Position numbers and translations under genes: made by a program. From Candidatus Sulfobium sp. (GTDB lineage Bacteria; Nitrospirota; Thermodesulfovibrionia; Thermodesulfovibrionales; UBA6898), in the NCBI GenBank assembly GCA_037380845.1, contig JARRRI010000026.1:1-30753 (forward strand): a stretch of 30,753 nt of DNA, written 5' to 3'. A model generated the notes under the pieces. It was not told the DNA's origin, did not search any database, and worked only from the letters and a program-made list of their open reading frames with translations. Shown one piece after another: positions 1 through 7,987 of this stretch. Every line of letters starts with the position of its first letter. Position 1 is the stretch's first letter.

Positions 1-33
1 TATGACGGCACTTGCGGCGGGTAACCAGGCCCT

Positions 34-1380
34 GTGATCGACGTTCAGGCAAAGATAGACGATTTCTTTATCAGGAGGGCGTGGGAGGCTGATACGGCTT
101 CCAGGAAGAAACCGGAGGTCCTCCTTATAAAGGCCCTCCGACTGCTTTCCATACTCTACTGGGGACTTTTGGACGAGCAGATCAACCTCCGGGCCATGGG
201 TCTGGTCTACACGACCCTTCTCTCACTCGTACCATTCCTGGCGGTAAGCTTCTCGGTCCTTAAGGCATTGGGGGCCCAGACGCACCTCGAACTGCTTCTG
301 TATGATTTTCTTGCCCCGCTTGGCCCAAGGGGGGTCGACCTTTCGATGAAGATCATCGGTTTTGTCGAAAACATAAAAGTAGGAGTTTTGGGTGCGGTCG
401 GCCTTGCCTTTCTTATTTACACGGTCATATCGAACATCAACAAGATAGAGAGTGCGCTCAATTTCATATGGGGGGTCATGAATCCGAGGGGAATAGCCCA
501 GAGGTTCAGCAGTTACCTGAGCGTAATCCTTGTGGGGCCGGTGCTTGTTTTCTCGGCGCTGGGGCTGACGGCCTCTCTCATGAACTACGGAATCGTGCAG
601 AAACTGATCGCCATGGAGCCGTTCGGTACCGTGGCATACCTGCTGGGAAAAGTCATCCCCTATTTTTTCGTCTGGGCGGCCTTTACCTTCGTTTATGTTT
701 TCCTGCCGAACACCGACGTGAAAATTAAGTCGGCGTCGGCGGGCGGTCTGGCTGCCGCCATACTGTGGGAAACGGCTGGGTGGGTATTCGCATCCTTCAT
801 TGCGACATCTACGAAGTATTCCTTCATATATTCCGGATTCGCCATAGTCATCCTGTTCATGATCTGGCTGTATCTGAGCTGGGAGATACTCCTGATCGGC
901 GCCAGGATTTCCTTTTACGAACAATATCCGCAGTTTCTGGCGGCCAGCGGAAAGGCCTGTCTAATGGGAGACAGGCTGAGGGAGAGGCTCGTTGTCTATA
1001 TAATGTTTCTGATCGGATACAATTTTTACCACAACCGTGCCCACTGGCAGTTCGACAGTCTCGTCAACCGGCTCGGGTATCCGGTCGGGATTGTAAGGGA
1101 GACCATAGCCGTCCTCGAAAAGAAAGGTCTCCTGGTCCGGGCCTCGGGAGAATTTGCCTACCTGCCGGGAAGGTCCCTGGACACCATATCAGTGAGAGAC
1201 ATACTCGATGTCGTGAGATCACCAGGGGAGAAAGTCCCTGTCTGTGCAGAAACCGGGTTTTTTTCCGTTCCGGAGATCGACAAGGTTATGACGAAAGTCG
1301 ATGAGGCCATCGAAGACACGCTCAGAAAGGAAACCCTGAAGACGCTCATTCTTTCCGTCAAGACCGGCCTTGACTCTTAA
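34..1380 (+). CDS. YihY/virulence factor BrkB family inner-membrane protein with C-terminal winged-helix (Rrf2-like) extension
   Basis: 448-aa ORF; YihY-type motifs 'LVYTTLLSLVP', 'IESALNFIW', 'IYSGFAIVILFMIWLYLSWEILLIGA'; several TM helices followed by a soluble HTH-like tail. Confidence 0.9.
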   Translation: MIDVQAKIDDFFIRRAWEADTASRKKPEVLLIKALRLLSILYWGLLDEQINLRAMGLVYTTLLSLVPFLAVSFSVLKALGAQTHLELLLYDFLAPLGPRGVDLSMKIIGFVENIKVGVLGAVGLAFLIYTVISNINKIESALNFIWGVMNPRGIAQRFSSYLSVILVGPVLVFSALGLTASLMNYGIVQKLIAMEPFGTVAYLLGKVIPYFFVWAAFTFVYVFLPNTDVKIKSASAGGLAAAILWETAGWVFASFIATSTKYSFIYSGFAIVILFMIWLYLSWEILLIGARISFYEQYPQFLAASGKACLMGDRLRERLVVYIMFLIGYNFYHNRAHWQFDSLVNRLGYPVGIVRETIAVLEKKGLLVRASGEFAYLPGRSLDTISVRDILDVVRSPGEKVPVCAETGFFSVPEIDKVMTKVDEAIEDTLRKETLKTLILSVKTGLDS

Positions 1381-1534
1381 AAGAACCCGCCTCACGGAAT
1401 GTGAGATTGTATGGCGGGCACATTTGCGATAACATTGGATTATGTCATATGTCCTTGGCAACATTACCCACGAGAAGTGATTATGAGTATCGCAGATTGT
1501 GTCACCCCGTGGGCCGTTTATTGAAGGGAAAGGA

Positions 1535-2207
1535 GTGGAGCAACAGGTCAGCATTGATAACAAGCGGCATATAAAAGCCCTGATAATCGAGGACGACCCT
1601 ACGGATGCGGAGTTGCTCCGCCGTTTTCTTTCGAGGGCCGGGGACATCTGTTTCGACACTGAACACGCCGACCGCATGTCTTCGGGGATTGACTTTCTCG
1701 GGAAGAAGGATTTTGACATCGTTATATCGGACCTGGGGTTGCCCGACAGTCTGGGGGTAGAGACTTTCGTTAAACTCCATCAACTCTATCCGGAAACACC
1801 GATGATCGTACTGACCGGCCTTGACGACCAGGAGACGGCACTGAAGGCGGTGCAGGGCGGGGCCCAGGACTACCTTGTCAAGGGCAAGATCGACACAAAT
1901 CTTCTGGTCCGTTCGATCCAGTATTCCATTGAACGCCAGAAACTCATAACCCGCCTCGAAAGGAGCCTCAAGGAGATAAAGACCCTCCGCGGCCTGCTGC
2001 CCATGTGCCGCCTGGTGCAGGAAGATAAGGGACGACAAAGGCTACTGGAAGGCACTTGAAGCCTATATCCGGGAACACACCGCGACTACTTTTACTCACG
2101 GCATCTGTCCGGATTGCATGAAGAAGGTCAATCCCGGTCTGTATCGGAGGCTGAAACAGAAAAATCCGGAGATGCTGGAAACAAAGAGCAGGAAGAGTGA
2201 CAAGTAA
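1535..2207 (+). pseudogene. Response regulator (REC plus C-terminal CxxC...HGICPDC zinc-finger-like tail), interrupted by a +1 frameshift at ~2009
   Basis: REC motifs 'LIIEDD', 'SDLGLPD', 'VLTG', 'DYLVK'. Removing one C at 2008-2009 restores 'LPMCAWCRKIRDDKGYW...THGICPDC' ending at TAA 2205-2207. Likely GTG start at 1535 after a purine-rich tract. Confidence 0.85.
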
Positions 2208-2280
2208 GAATGGATCCAGCAGGTGCTTGATACCGGCCATGAAGGCGGAACCGGTCGGTTTCCGGTAACAAAAGTGGTTA

Positions 2281-2312
2281 GAAAAGGAGGGGCGTTGCAC
2301 TCAACGCCCCTC
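2281..2312 (-). terminator. Rho-independent terminator hairpin between convergent genes
   Basis: Perfect 11-bp stem GAGGGGCGTTG/CAACGCCCCTC (2287-2312) with 4-nt loop, followed by CTTTTC on the minus strand. Confidence 0.7.
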
Positions 2313-3179
2313 GTTAGAAATTACTTCGCCATAATTCTGTCCACCACAGAGAATTTCATTTCCCATTATGCTGATTCGATCATATGTCTCGGCGGTCACG
2401 TCAACAGACAGTGCACCCTCTTCAATTACCACCTGCGCCACATCGATGCTGCAGACCAGATCCGGCAGTCCGTCATCATTGCCGTCCCCATAACGGCACT
2501 GAAGTCTTCCGTTTTTTCCGGCTCTCTTCACACCCGCTTTCGCAAACCTCACCGACTCGGGATCTACCAGAGTGGCATCGAGCACATCGTTAGAAAGGAT
2601 TGCTATGCGCAATTTATCATTTGATCTAATACCCTGGCACAATGCATCCACACCTGATATAATTTTCACCACATTAGCCCGCACATAGCCGGTCTGGAAT
2701 ATCAGATCGCTATTATCTGTCGGCGCACTGTAGCCGTCAATGTACATCGCCCCCAGAGTGTAGCCACCTCCCTCGAAACTCGATGCTGCAAAAGCAGACC
2801 CTGACAGCGGCTTCTCAACGTCAATAGTATAAGTACTGCCCGGATTCAGTGGTATCGACGACACGAACACGAACCGTGTCATGCCGGTAAAACCCGGAGG
2901 GATAACTTTTGTGCTTGTTCCGATAACAGGACCGTAAATTGAGCCCTCACGAATATTGATTCTCATCACCGCTCCTTCTTCATTCGTGTGAAGAGCCAGT
3001 CTCACCATATCAATCGAAGAAAGAGAAGGAGTGAATTGCTGGGCAAATCTATAATATGAAAGATTGTGCCAGCTATCTACATTCGTCACATACCCCTGGT
3101 CAACCAGTAGATAATCACCATGGGCAATTCCGTAAGCTGCGAATATGAAGCAGATCGCGATAATTATTTTCCGATTCAT
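2301..3179 (-). CDS. Secreted hypothetical protein: signal peptide, beta-rich N-domain, C-terminal 'IAILS...DATLVDPESVRF...DGNDDGLPDLV' domain with a Ca-binding-like loop
   Basis: ATG at 3179 preceded by AAGGAGG; MNRKIIIAICFIFAAYGIAHG is a typical signal peptide; DxNxDGxxD motif near the C-terminus. Confidence 0.8.
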   Translation of the reverse strand: MNRKIIIAICFIFAAYGIAHGDYLLVDQGYVTNVDSWHNLSYYRFAQQFTPSLSSIDMVRLALHTNEEGAVMRINIREGSIYGPVIGTSTKVIPPGFTGMTRFVFVSSIPLNPGSTYTIDVEKPLSGSAFAASSFEGGGYTLGAMYIDGYSAPTDNSDLIFQTGYVRANVVKIISGVDALCQGIRSNDKLRIAILSNDVLDATLVDPESVRFAKAGVKRAGKNGRLQCRYGDGNDDGLPDLVCSIDVAQVVIEEGALSVDVTAETYDRISIMGNEILCGGQNYGEVISNEGR

Positions 3180-3287
3180 GACCACCCTCCTTAAATTTGT
3201 CCGGCTGTTCTCTGTTCTTGACTTGTCAATTGATTCTTCCATGACTTCCTCCTTTTTCGTCCTCTTTGTCTCCTGATTTCTTCTATT

Positions 3288-3303
3288 TTCAGTATTCATG
3301 CCA
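3288..3303 (-). promoter_or_regulatory. Putative sigma54 (-24/-12) promoter for the secreted-protein gene
   Basis: Minus strand TGGCATGAATACTGAA versus consensus TGGCACG-N4-TTGC; GG-N10 spacing correct, but GA instead of GC at -12; adjacent to a sigma54 activator gene. Confidence 0.6.
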
Positions 3304-3332
3304 GTTTGATCGAAAGTTCTTATATTGTTATT

Positions 3333-3345
3333 TTTCAAAGAGTTG
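3333..3345 (+). promoter_or_regulatory. Putative IHF binding site
   Basis: TTTCAAAGAGTTG versus WATCAANNNNTTR (1 mismatch), preceded by an A/T tract, lying between the UAS pair and the sigma54 promoter. Confidence 0.5.
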
Positions 3346-3378
3346 GAAGTCACTGGAATGAGCGCAGTCCGGCATTTT

Positions 3379-3436
3379 ATGTAAACGGCATTTACTCTCG
3401 TTAATATTTTTTACTATAATGTAAATAATGTTTACT
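3379..3436. promoter_or_regulatory. Tandem palindromic upstream activator sites (GTAAA-N5-TTTAC x2)
   Basis: ATGTAAAcggcaTTTACT at 3379-3396 and ATGTAAAtaatgTTTACT at 3419-3436, 40 bp apart. Confidence 0.65.
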
Positions 3437-3491
3437 ATCTATATGATGAACTTTCAGGGATTAAGATCGAACATGAGAGTGCAATTTACCG

Positions 3492-5027
3492 ATGAATGCC
3501 GCTACCGATACCAAATGTAGGCTCGACAGCCTCAAGATGAGATTGGAACAGGTCAATAGGGCGTGGTCTGTCAATACCTATGAGTCCCTGCTGAAATTTT
3601 ATACAGGGATTATTCCAAAAGTTATGGATGCCGAGCGCTGTAGTATTTTCATTCATGAGCCGGGCACTAACCTAATATGGCTAAAGTATGGCACGGGCCT
3701 TAGAGAAAGAGAAATAATGCCGCCAAAAGAAGGCAGTAATGTGGGCAAAGCGATTTCATCAGGCCAGTGTGTTATTAAAAATGACATTGACTCTCAATCC
3801 GGTTATCACGCCCACGTTGCTACTAAAACAAGATTTGTCACCCGTAACCTTATATGTGCTCCTATAAAAAGTTTGTCAGGTCAGGGCATCACAGGCGCTA
3901 TCGAAGTGTTGAATAAGGCCGCAAGAAAACAGTTTTCTAAAGAAGATGAAAAACTCTTGCCGGAAATAGCCTCTTATCTGTCTATGGCTCTGGAAAATGT
4001 CCTCCTTAACCAGGAGATTCTGCAAATCTCAAATAGTTTAAGCTGCGAACTAGAGATGATGCGGGGGCGGGATGCCAGGTTCATCGGTAACAGTCCGGAA
4101 ATGCGGGACATCATAAATAAAGTGCACGTGGTAAGCGCAACTCCTGTGAACGTATTAATCTGCGGCGAAAGTGGCACTGGCAAAGAACTTATAGCGCGCA
4201 TGATCCATAAAGAAAGTGCCTTACGCGATAAACCTTTTGTGGCGGTCAATTGCGCCTCCATCCCAGAGAATCTTATGGAGAGTGAATTCTTCGGTTATGA
4301 AAAGGGTGCGTTTACCGGTGCAGTCGCAAGCAGGAAGGGGCGCTTTGAAGAAGCGGACGGAGGAACTCTTTTTCTCGATGAAATAGGCGATATGCCGCTT
4401 CGCATGCAACCGAAATTCCTCCGCGCGATCCAGGAAGGTGAGGGGAGCAGGCTTGGAAGTAATAAAATATTTCGTTATGATTTCCGCATTATAAGCGCCA
4501 CGAACAAGGATTTGCATAAACAGGTAGCCGATGGCCTCTTCAGGGAAGATCTGTTTTATCGTATATTCTCGGTAGAACTGCGTATTCCTCCGCTCAGAGA
4601 AAGACGTGAAGATATAATTCCGCTTGCCCTCTCGTTCGTGGACAGGGTAAGCAAACGTTTTATGAAGAAGGTTCCCGGTTTTTCTCCTGAGCTTCTGAAC
4701 TCTCTTGAGGAATATCCATGGTCCGGGAATGTAAGACAACTGCTTCACGAAATTGAGAGGATGGTTGCACTGACTCCTGAAGGAGAACCGATCACACTGG
4801 AACGATGCTCACAGACGCTGGTTGACTGGAAAATCAGACGTTCGGCTGATGAAGCTGGAGAGCAGTCAGGTCTTCTCCTGCCCAACAAGATAAAAAATCT
4901 CGAAATCGCTTGTATAAAAGATGCCCTCCTTAGAACCAAAGGGAACAAACTGCAGGCTTCCAAAATGCTCGGAATAACCCGTCAGGGACTCGATAAGAAG
5001 ATCAAGCGGTACGGAATACATTCGTAG
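3492..5027 (+). CDS. Sigma54-dependent transcriptional activator (GAF - AAA+ - Fis-type HTH)
   Basis: GAF ('AERCSIF', 'GAIEVLNK'), Walker A GESGTGKE, GAFTGA loop, Walker B LFLDEIG, FREDLFYR, WSGNVRQL, C-terminal 'GNKLQASKMLGITRQGLDKKIKRYG'. Confidence 0.95.
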   Translation: MNAATDTKCRLDSLKMRLEQVNRAWSVNTYESLLKFYTGIIPKVMDAERCSIFIHEPGTNLIWLKYGTGLREREIMPPKEGSNVGKAISSGQCVIKNDIDSQSGYHAHVATKTRFVTRNLICAPIKSLSGQGITGAIEVLNKAARKQFSKEDEKLLPEIASYLSMALENVLLNQEILQISNSLSCELEMMRGRDARFIGNSPEMRDIINKVHVVSATPVNVLICGESGTGKELIARMIHKESALRDKPFVAVNCASIPENLMESEFFGYEKGAFTGAVASRKGRFEEADGGTLFLDEIGDMPLRMQPKFLRAIQEGEGSRLGSNKIFRYDFRIISATNKDLHKQVADGLFREDLFYRIFSVELRIPPLRERREDIIPLALSFVDRVSKRFMKKVPGFSPELLNSLEEYPWSGNVRQLLHEIERMVALTPEGEPITLERCSQTLVDWKIRRSADEAGEQSGLLLPNKIKNLEIACIKDALLRTKGNKLQASKMLGITRQGLDKKIKRYGIHS

Positions 5028-5390
5028 ATCCGTTTCTGCTGGAGAGAGTGATTTCTGTCATCAGTTGTTATTGTCGCTGTGTCGGTGAAGACGAGATTAC
5101 AGACAGCCTCAAGTTAACATAAGTGGCCGTGCACACTTCGGGACAAACCTTTCTTCCCTTGAGATCTTCCTTTTCCTGTTAATTTCCGAAAGTAACCGTC
5201 ACCGCCCTCTGGGTCGCCGGACGCTGGGGCTGGAAGGAACGTCATGTTCGATCGCTTACGTTGCCAGAAATGTCTTGAAGTGAAGTCTTTTTCAGTTGAG
5301 GATCAGCCTATCTATCGAGTATCAGTCAAACTATTTTTTTCCATAGAAAGCTATTTCGTGAAGTTCCCGTCGCGATATTATATATATGAG

Positions 5391-5948
5391 ATGCTCATTT
5401 TCAGGTTGGCGGCGGCCATAATCATACAAATGGCGATATGGGGCGCTCTGCTTTTCCTCCCGGCAGGCACGCTTGGCTGGTGGCGCGCATGGGTCCTGCT
5501 CGGCATAATATTGCTGGGTTTTCTTGCATCAGCAGCATCGCTGTTTCCATCGCACAGGGGCCTGCTCGCCGAGCGTCTCAGGCTGCCCTTACAAAAGGGG
5601 CAGCCCCTTGTCGACAGGATCGTGCTGGCGTTTCTGATCATATCATTCTACGGCCTGCTCGCGTTCATTCCGGCGGATGTCTTCCGGCTTCACCTGATGG
5701 CCTAGAAGGTCATCGATACAGGAGTTTACGGAGTTGTGAGACATCCCATGTACGCGGGTGGCGTCCTGATGGTTGCCGGCGTCCCCTTGTGGCTGGGGTC
5801 ATACGCCGGTCTAATGTTTTCAGTCGTTCCAACAGGCATCCTGGTTCTGAGGGTCCTTATCGAGGAGCGGTTCCTGAGAAGACAACTGGAGGGTTATGAA
5901 GCCTATATTAAGAAAGTTCGTTACAGGCTGATTCCATTCTTGTGGTAG
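5391..5948 (+). pseudogene. Isoprenylcysteine carboxylmethyltransferase (ICMT/PEMT)-family membrane methyltransferase with in-frame TAG and apparent internal deletion
   Basis: N-part 'LLFLPAGTLGWWRAW' ends at TAG 5703-5705; the same frame continues 'KVIDTGVYGVVRHPMYAG...EERFLRRQLEGYEAY...RYRLIPFLW'. Confidence 0.8.
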
Positions 5949-5953
5949 GAAAC

Positions 5954-6967
5954 CTAGAGCCTCAAATATGCCTGCGGATTCAGGTCGAGGCCGGCGAACT
6001 CCCCCTTTATGAATTTATGATATCCTGCAGCCGCGATCATGGCGGCGTTGTCCGTGCACAGGGCAAGAGATGGCATGAAGACCTCGCTCTCCCTTTCCTC
6101 TGCCATTTCCTTCATCCTCTTCCTGAGCCCGCTGTTGGCAGCTACCCCGCCCGAAATCGCTATGCGCCTTATCCACTTCTTTTTTATCGCCCATTCCGTC
6201 TTCCTGACAAGCACGTCCACGACCGCCGCCTGAAATGAGGCGGCGAGGTCGTTGACGAGCCGGGAGGGCAAGGCAGAGCCCCCCGAGTTTTTCTGCGCAC
6301 TTCTCAGAAAATTCAAAACGGCCGTCTTTAATCCGCTGAAGCTGAAATCGAAGGTCTCCGGCAGATAGGCCCTCGGAAAATCTATGGCCTTCGGATCCCC
6401 TTCCCGCGCGAGCCCATCGATTATCGGACCGCCGGGATATCCCAGACCGAGAAGCTTCGATACCTTGTCGTATGCCTCGCCCGCAGCGTCGTCACGGGTT
6501 CTGCCAAGTTCGATATATTCTCCGTAACCTTTGGCGATATAGAGGCTTGTGTGTCCCCCAGAGACGATGAGGGACAGAAACGGGAACTCGGGCGCTTCTT
6601 TTTCCAGACAAGGGGAGAGAATATGTCCCTCCAGATGGTTGACCGCGACGAGAGGCTTGCCCCGGGCAAAACAGGCGGCCTTGGCAAACGAGCATCCCAC
6701 AAGAAGGGAGCCGATCAGACCGGGGCCGTGGCAGACCGCAACTGCGGACACTTCATTTAGTGTAATTCCCGCCTTCTTCAGCGCCTCGTCGACTACCGGA
6801 ATGATCATCTCGATATGTCTCCTCGATGCAAGTTCCGGTACTATGCCTCCGTATTTACTATGGATGTCGGACTGGCTGGATATGACGTTTGATATTATCC
6901 TTCTGCCGTCCTCGACGACGGCGGCCGAGGTATCGTCGCAGGAGGTATCTATACCGATGATGAGCAT
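5954..6967 (-). CDS. tsaD: tRNA N6-adenosine threonylcarbamoyltransferase TsaD
   Basis: 'GIDTSCDDT', 'GGIVPELASRRH', 'NHLEGH', 'SGGHT', 'DDAAGEAYDK', 'FSFSGLKT', 'CTDNAAMIA'. Confidence 0.97.
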   Translation of the reverse strand: MLIIGIDTSCDDTSAAVVEDGRRIISNVISSQSDIHSKYGGIVPELASRRHIEMIIPVVDEALKKAGITLNEVSAVAVCHGPGLIGSLLVGCSFAKAACFARGKPLVAVNHLEGHILSPCLEKEAPEFPFLSLIVSGGHTSLYIAKGYGEYIELGRTRDDAAGEAYDKVSKLLGLGYPGGPIIDGLAREGDPKAIDFPRAYLPETFDFSFSGLKTAVLNFLRSAQKNSGGSALPSRLVNDLAASFQAAVVDVLVRKTEWAIKKKWIRRIAISGGVAANSGLRKRMKEMAEERESEVFMPSLALCTDNAAMIAAAGYHKFIKGEFAGLDLNPQAYLRL

Positions 6968-7131
6968 CAGATATTATAACGCAAGGGTATGCCCGCCTTT
7001 ACCATTTAGAACCACCCTCAGGATGAAATCGAACGAGCTCTTCAGCTATCTGATTATAACTGCGTTTCGTGGCGTACCGAAAAAGGTCCTTTTGCCTTTT
7101 TTGTCATTACCCCGAAAAAGCTCATAATACT

Positions 7132-7209
7132 CCGTCATTCCCGAGGCAGAAATCGGGAATCCATTCTTTTTTATGAGAACATGGATACCCGCTTTCGCGG
7201 GTATGACGG
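7132..7209. repeat. REP-like composite inverted repeat (GTCATTCCCG...GGGAATCCA / TGGATACCCGC...GCGGGTATGAC)
   Basis: Two facing hairpin arms; outer CCGTCAT/ATGACGG pairing; related copy at 13197-13315; bases 1-12 of the window equal 7202-7213. Confidence 0.8.
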
Positions 7210-7254
7210 CACTGAGGCATGAACATGAGATTTTTTTAGCAACCTGGTGCCGGC

Positions 7255-7299
7255 TTGACAGGACGCCTGTTCTGAAAATATACTGAACAAGCGTTCAGT
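7255..7299 (+). promoter_or_regulatory. Sigma70 promoter with overlapping TetR-type operator
   Basis: TTGACA (7255-7260) - 18 bp - TATACT (7279-7284); palindrome ACTGAAC-AAGC-GTTCAGT (7282-7299) overlapping the -10/+1 region. Confidence 0.75.
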
Positions 7300-7384
7300 T
7301 TTTCTTTCTTCGATGGACTTCGGCCCGCATGTATGAAGGAAAATCCTGAAAAACCTTTGGAAAACCCGGAGTTTCGGCTAACAG

Positions 7385-7987
7385 ATGAAAAGGCGCGGTT
7401 CTGCGGAGTCGAAAAGATGCATACTTGAGGCTGCCGGGCAGCTCTTTGCCGAGGCGGGCTACGCCGACACCACCATAAGGAAGGTTGCCGCCCGGGCCGG
7501 TTTGAGCGTGGGCACGATCTACCTCTATTACAGCAACAAGGAGGAGCTTTATTCGGAGCTCTTCCGCCGCCGGCTGGAAAACTTCTCGGCCATGACCGAA
7601 CCCCTCAGGGACGAAGAGCCCCTCGCCGCCATGGAGGGCCTCATAGACAGCTACCTCGATTATGCCGTAAAGAAGGCGAAGCTCGTTTCCATGCAGATAA
7701 GGGAGCACGACCTGGAGATAAAAAAGCCCCTCAAGAAGGCGTTCTTCGACTCTCAGAAGAGACTTATATCCGACATACTCAAAAAGGGAGTGAGAAAAAA
7801 GGTATTCAGGAAGATGGACTGCGATGCAACCGCCTCGGTTATTTTCTACTGTCTCAGAGGGATGATACTGGCCCAGCTTTCCGGGGACCTTGGAGATGAC
7901 GCCGGGGGCAGGCCTGCGACCAGAAAGCCCTGCGATCTTTTTCTCAGGGGGCTGCTTGCGGACCGGCAGGGACGGGGTGAAGAGTGA
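7385..7987 (+). CDS. TetR/AcrR family transcriptional regulator
   Basis: N-terminal HTH 'ILEAAGQLFAEAGYADTTIRKVAARAGLSVGTIYLYYSNKEEL'. Confidence 0.95.
   Translation: MKRRGSAESKRCILEAAGQLFAEAGYADTTIRKVAARAGLSVGTIYLYYSNKEELYSELFRRRLENFSAMTEPLRDEEPLAAMEGLIDSYLDYAVKKAKLVSMQIREHDLEIKKPLKKAFFDSQKRLISDILKKGVRKKVFRKMDCDATASVIFYCLRGMILAQLSGDLGDDAGGRPATRKPCDLFLRGLLADRQGRGEE

Noticed and set aside
5030..5390. Zinc-ribbon-like fragments (VCP.., CQKC, PIY) after the sigma54 activator
   Set aside because: They are on different strands or frames and too short to support a gene remnant.
5703..5705. Pyrrolysine or stop-codon readthrough at the in-frame TAG of the methyltransferase
   Set aside because: The site coincides with a missing conserved segment, the family is not a known Pyl user, and TAG is an ordinary stop elsewhere in the window (rnj, argD, yacG).
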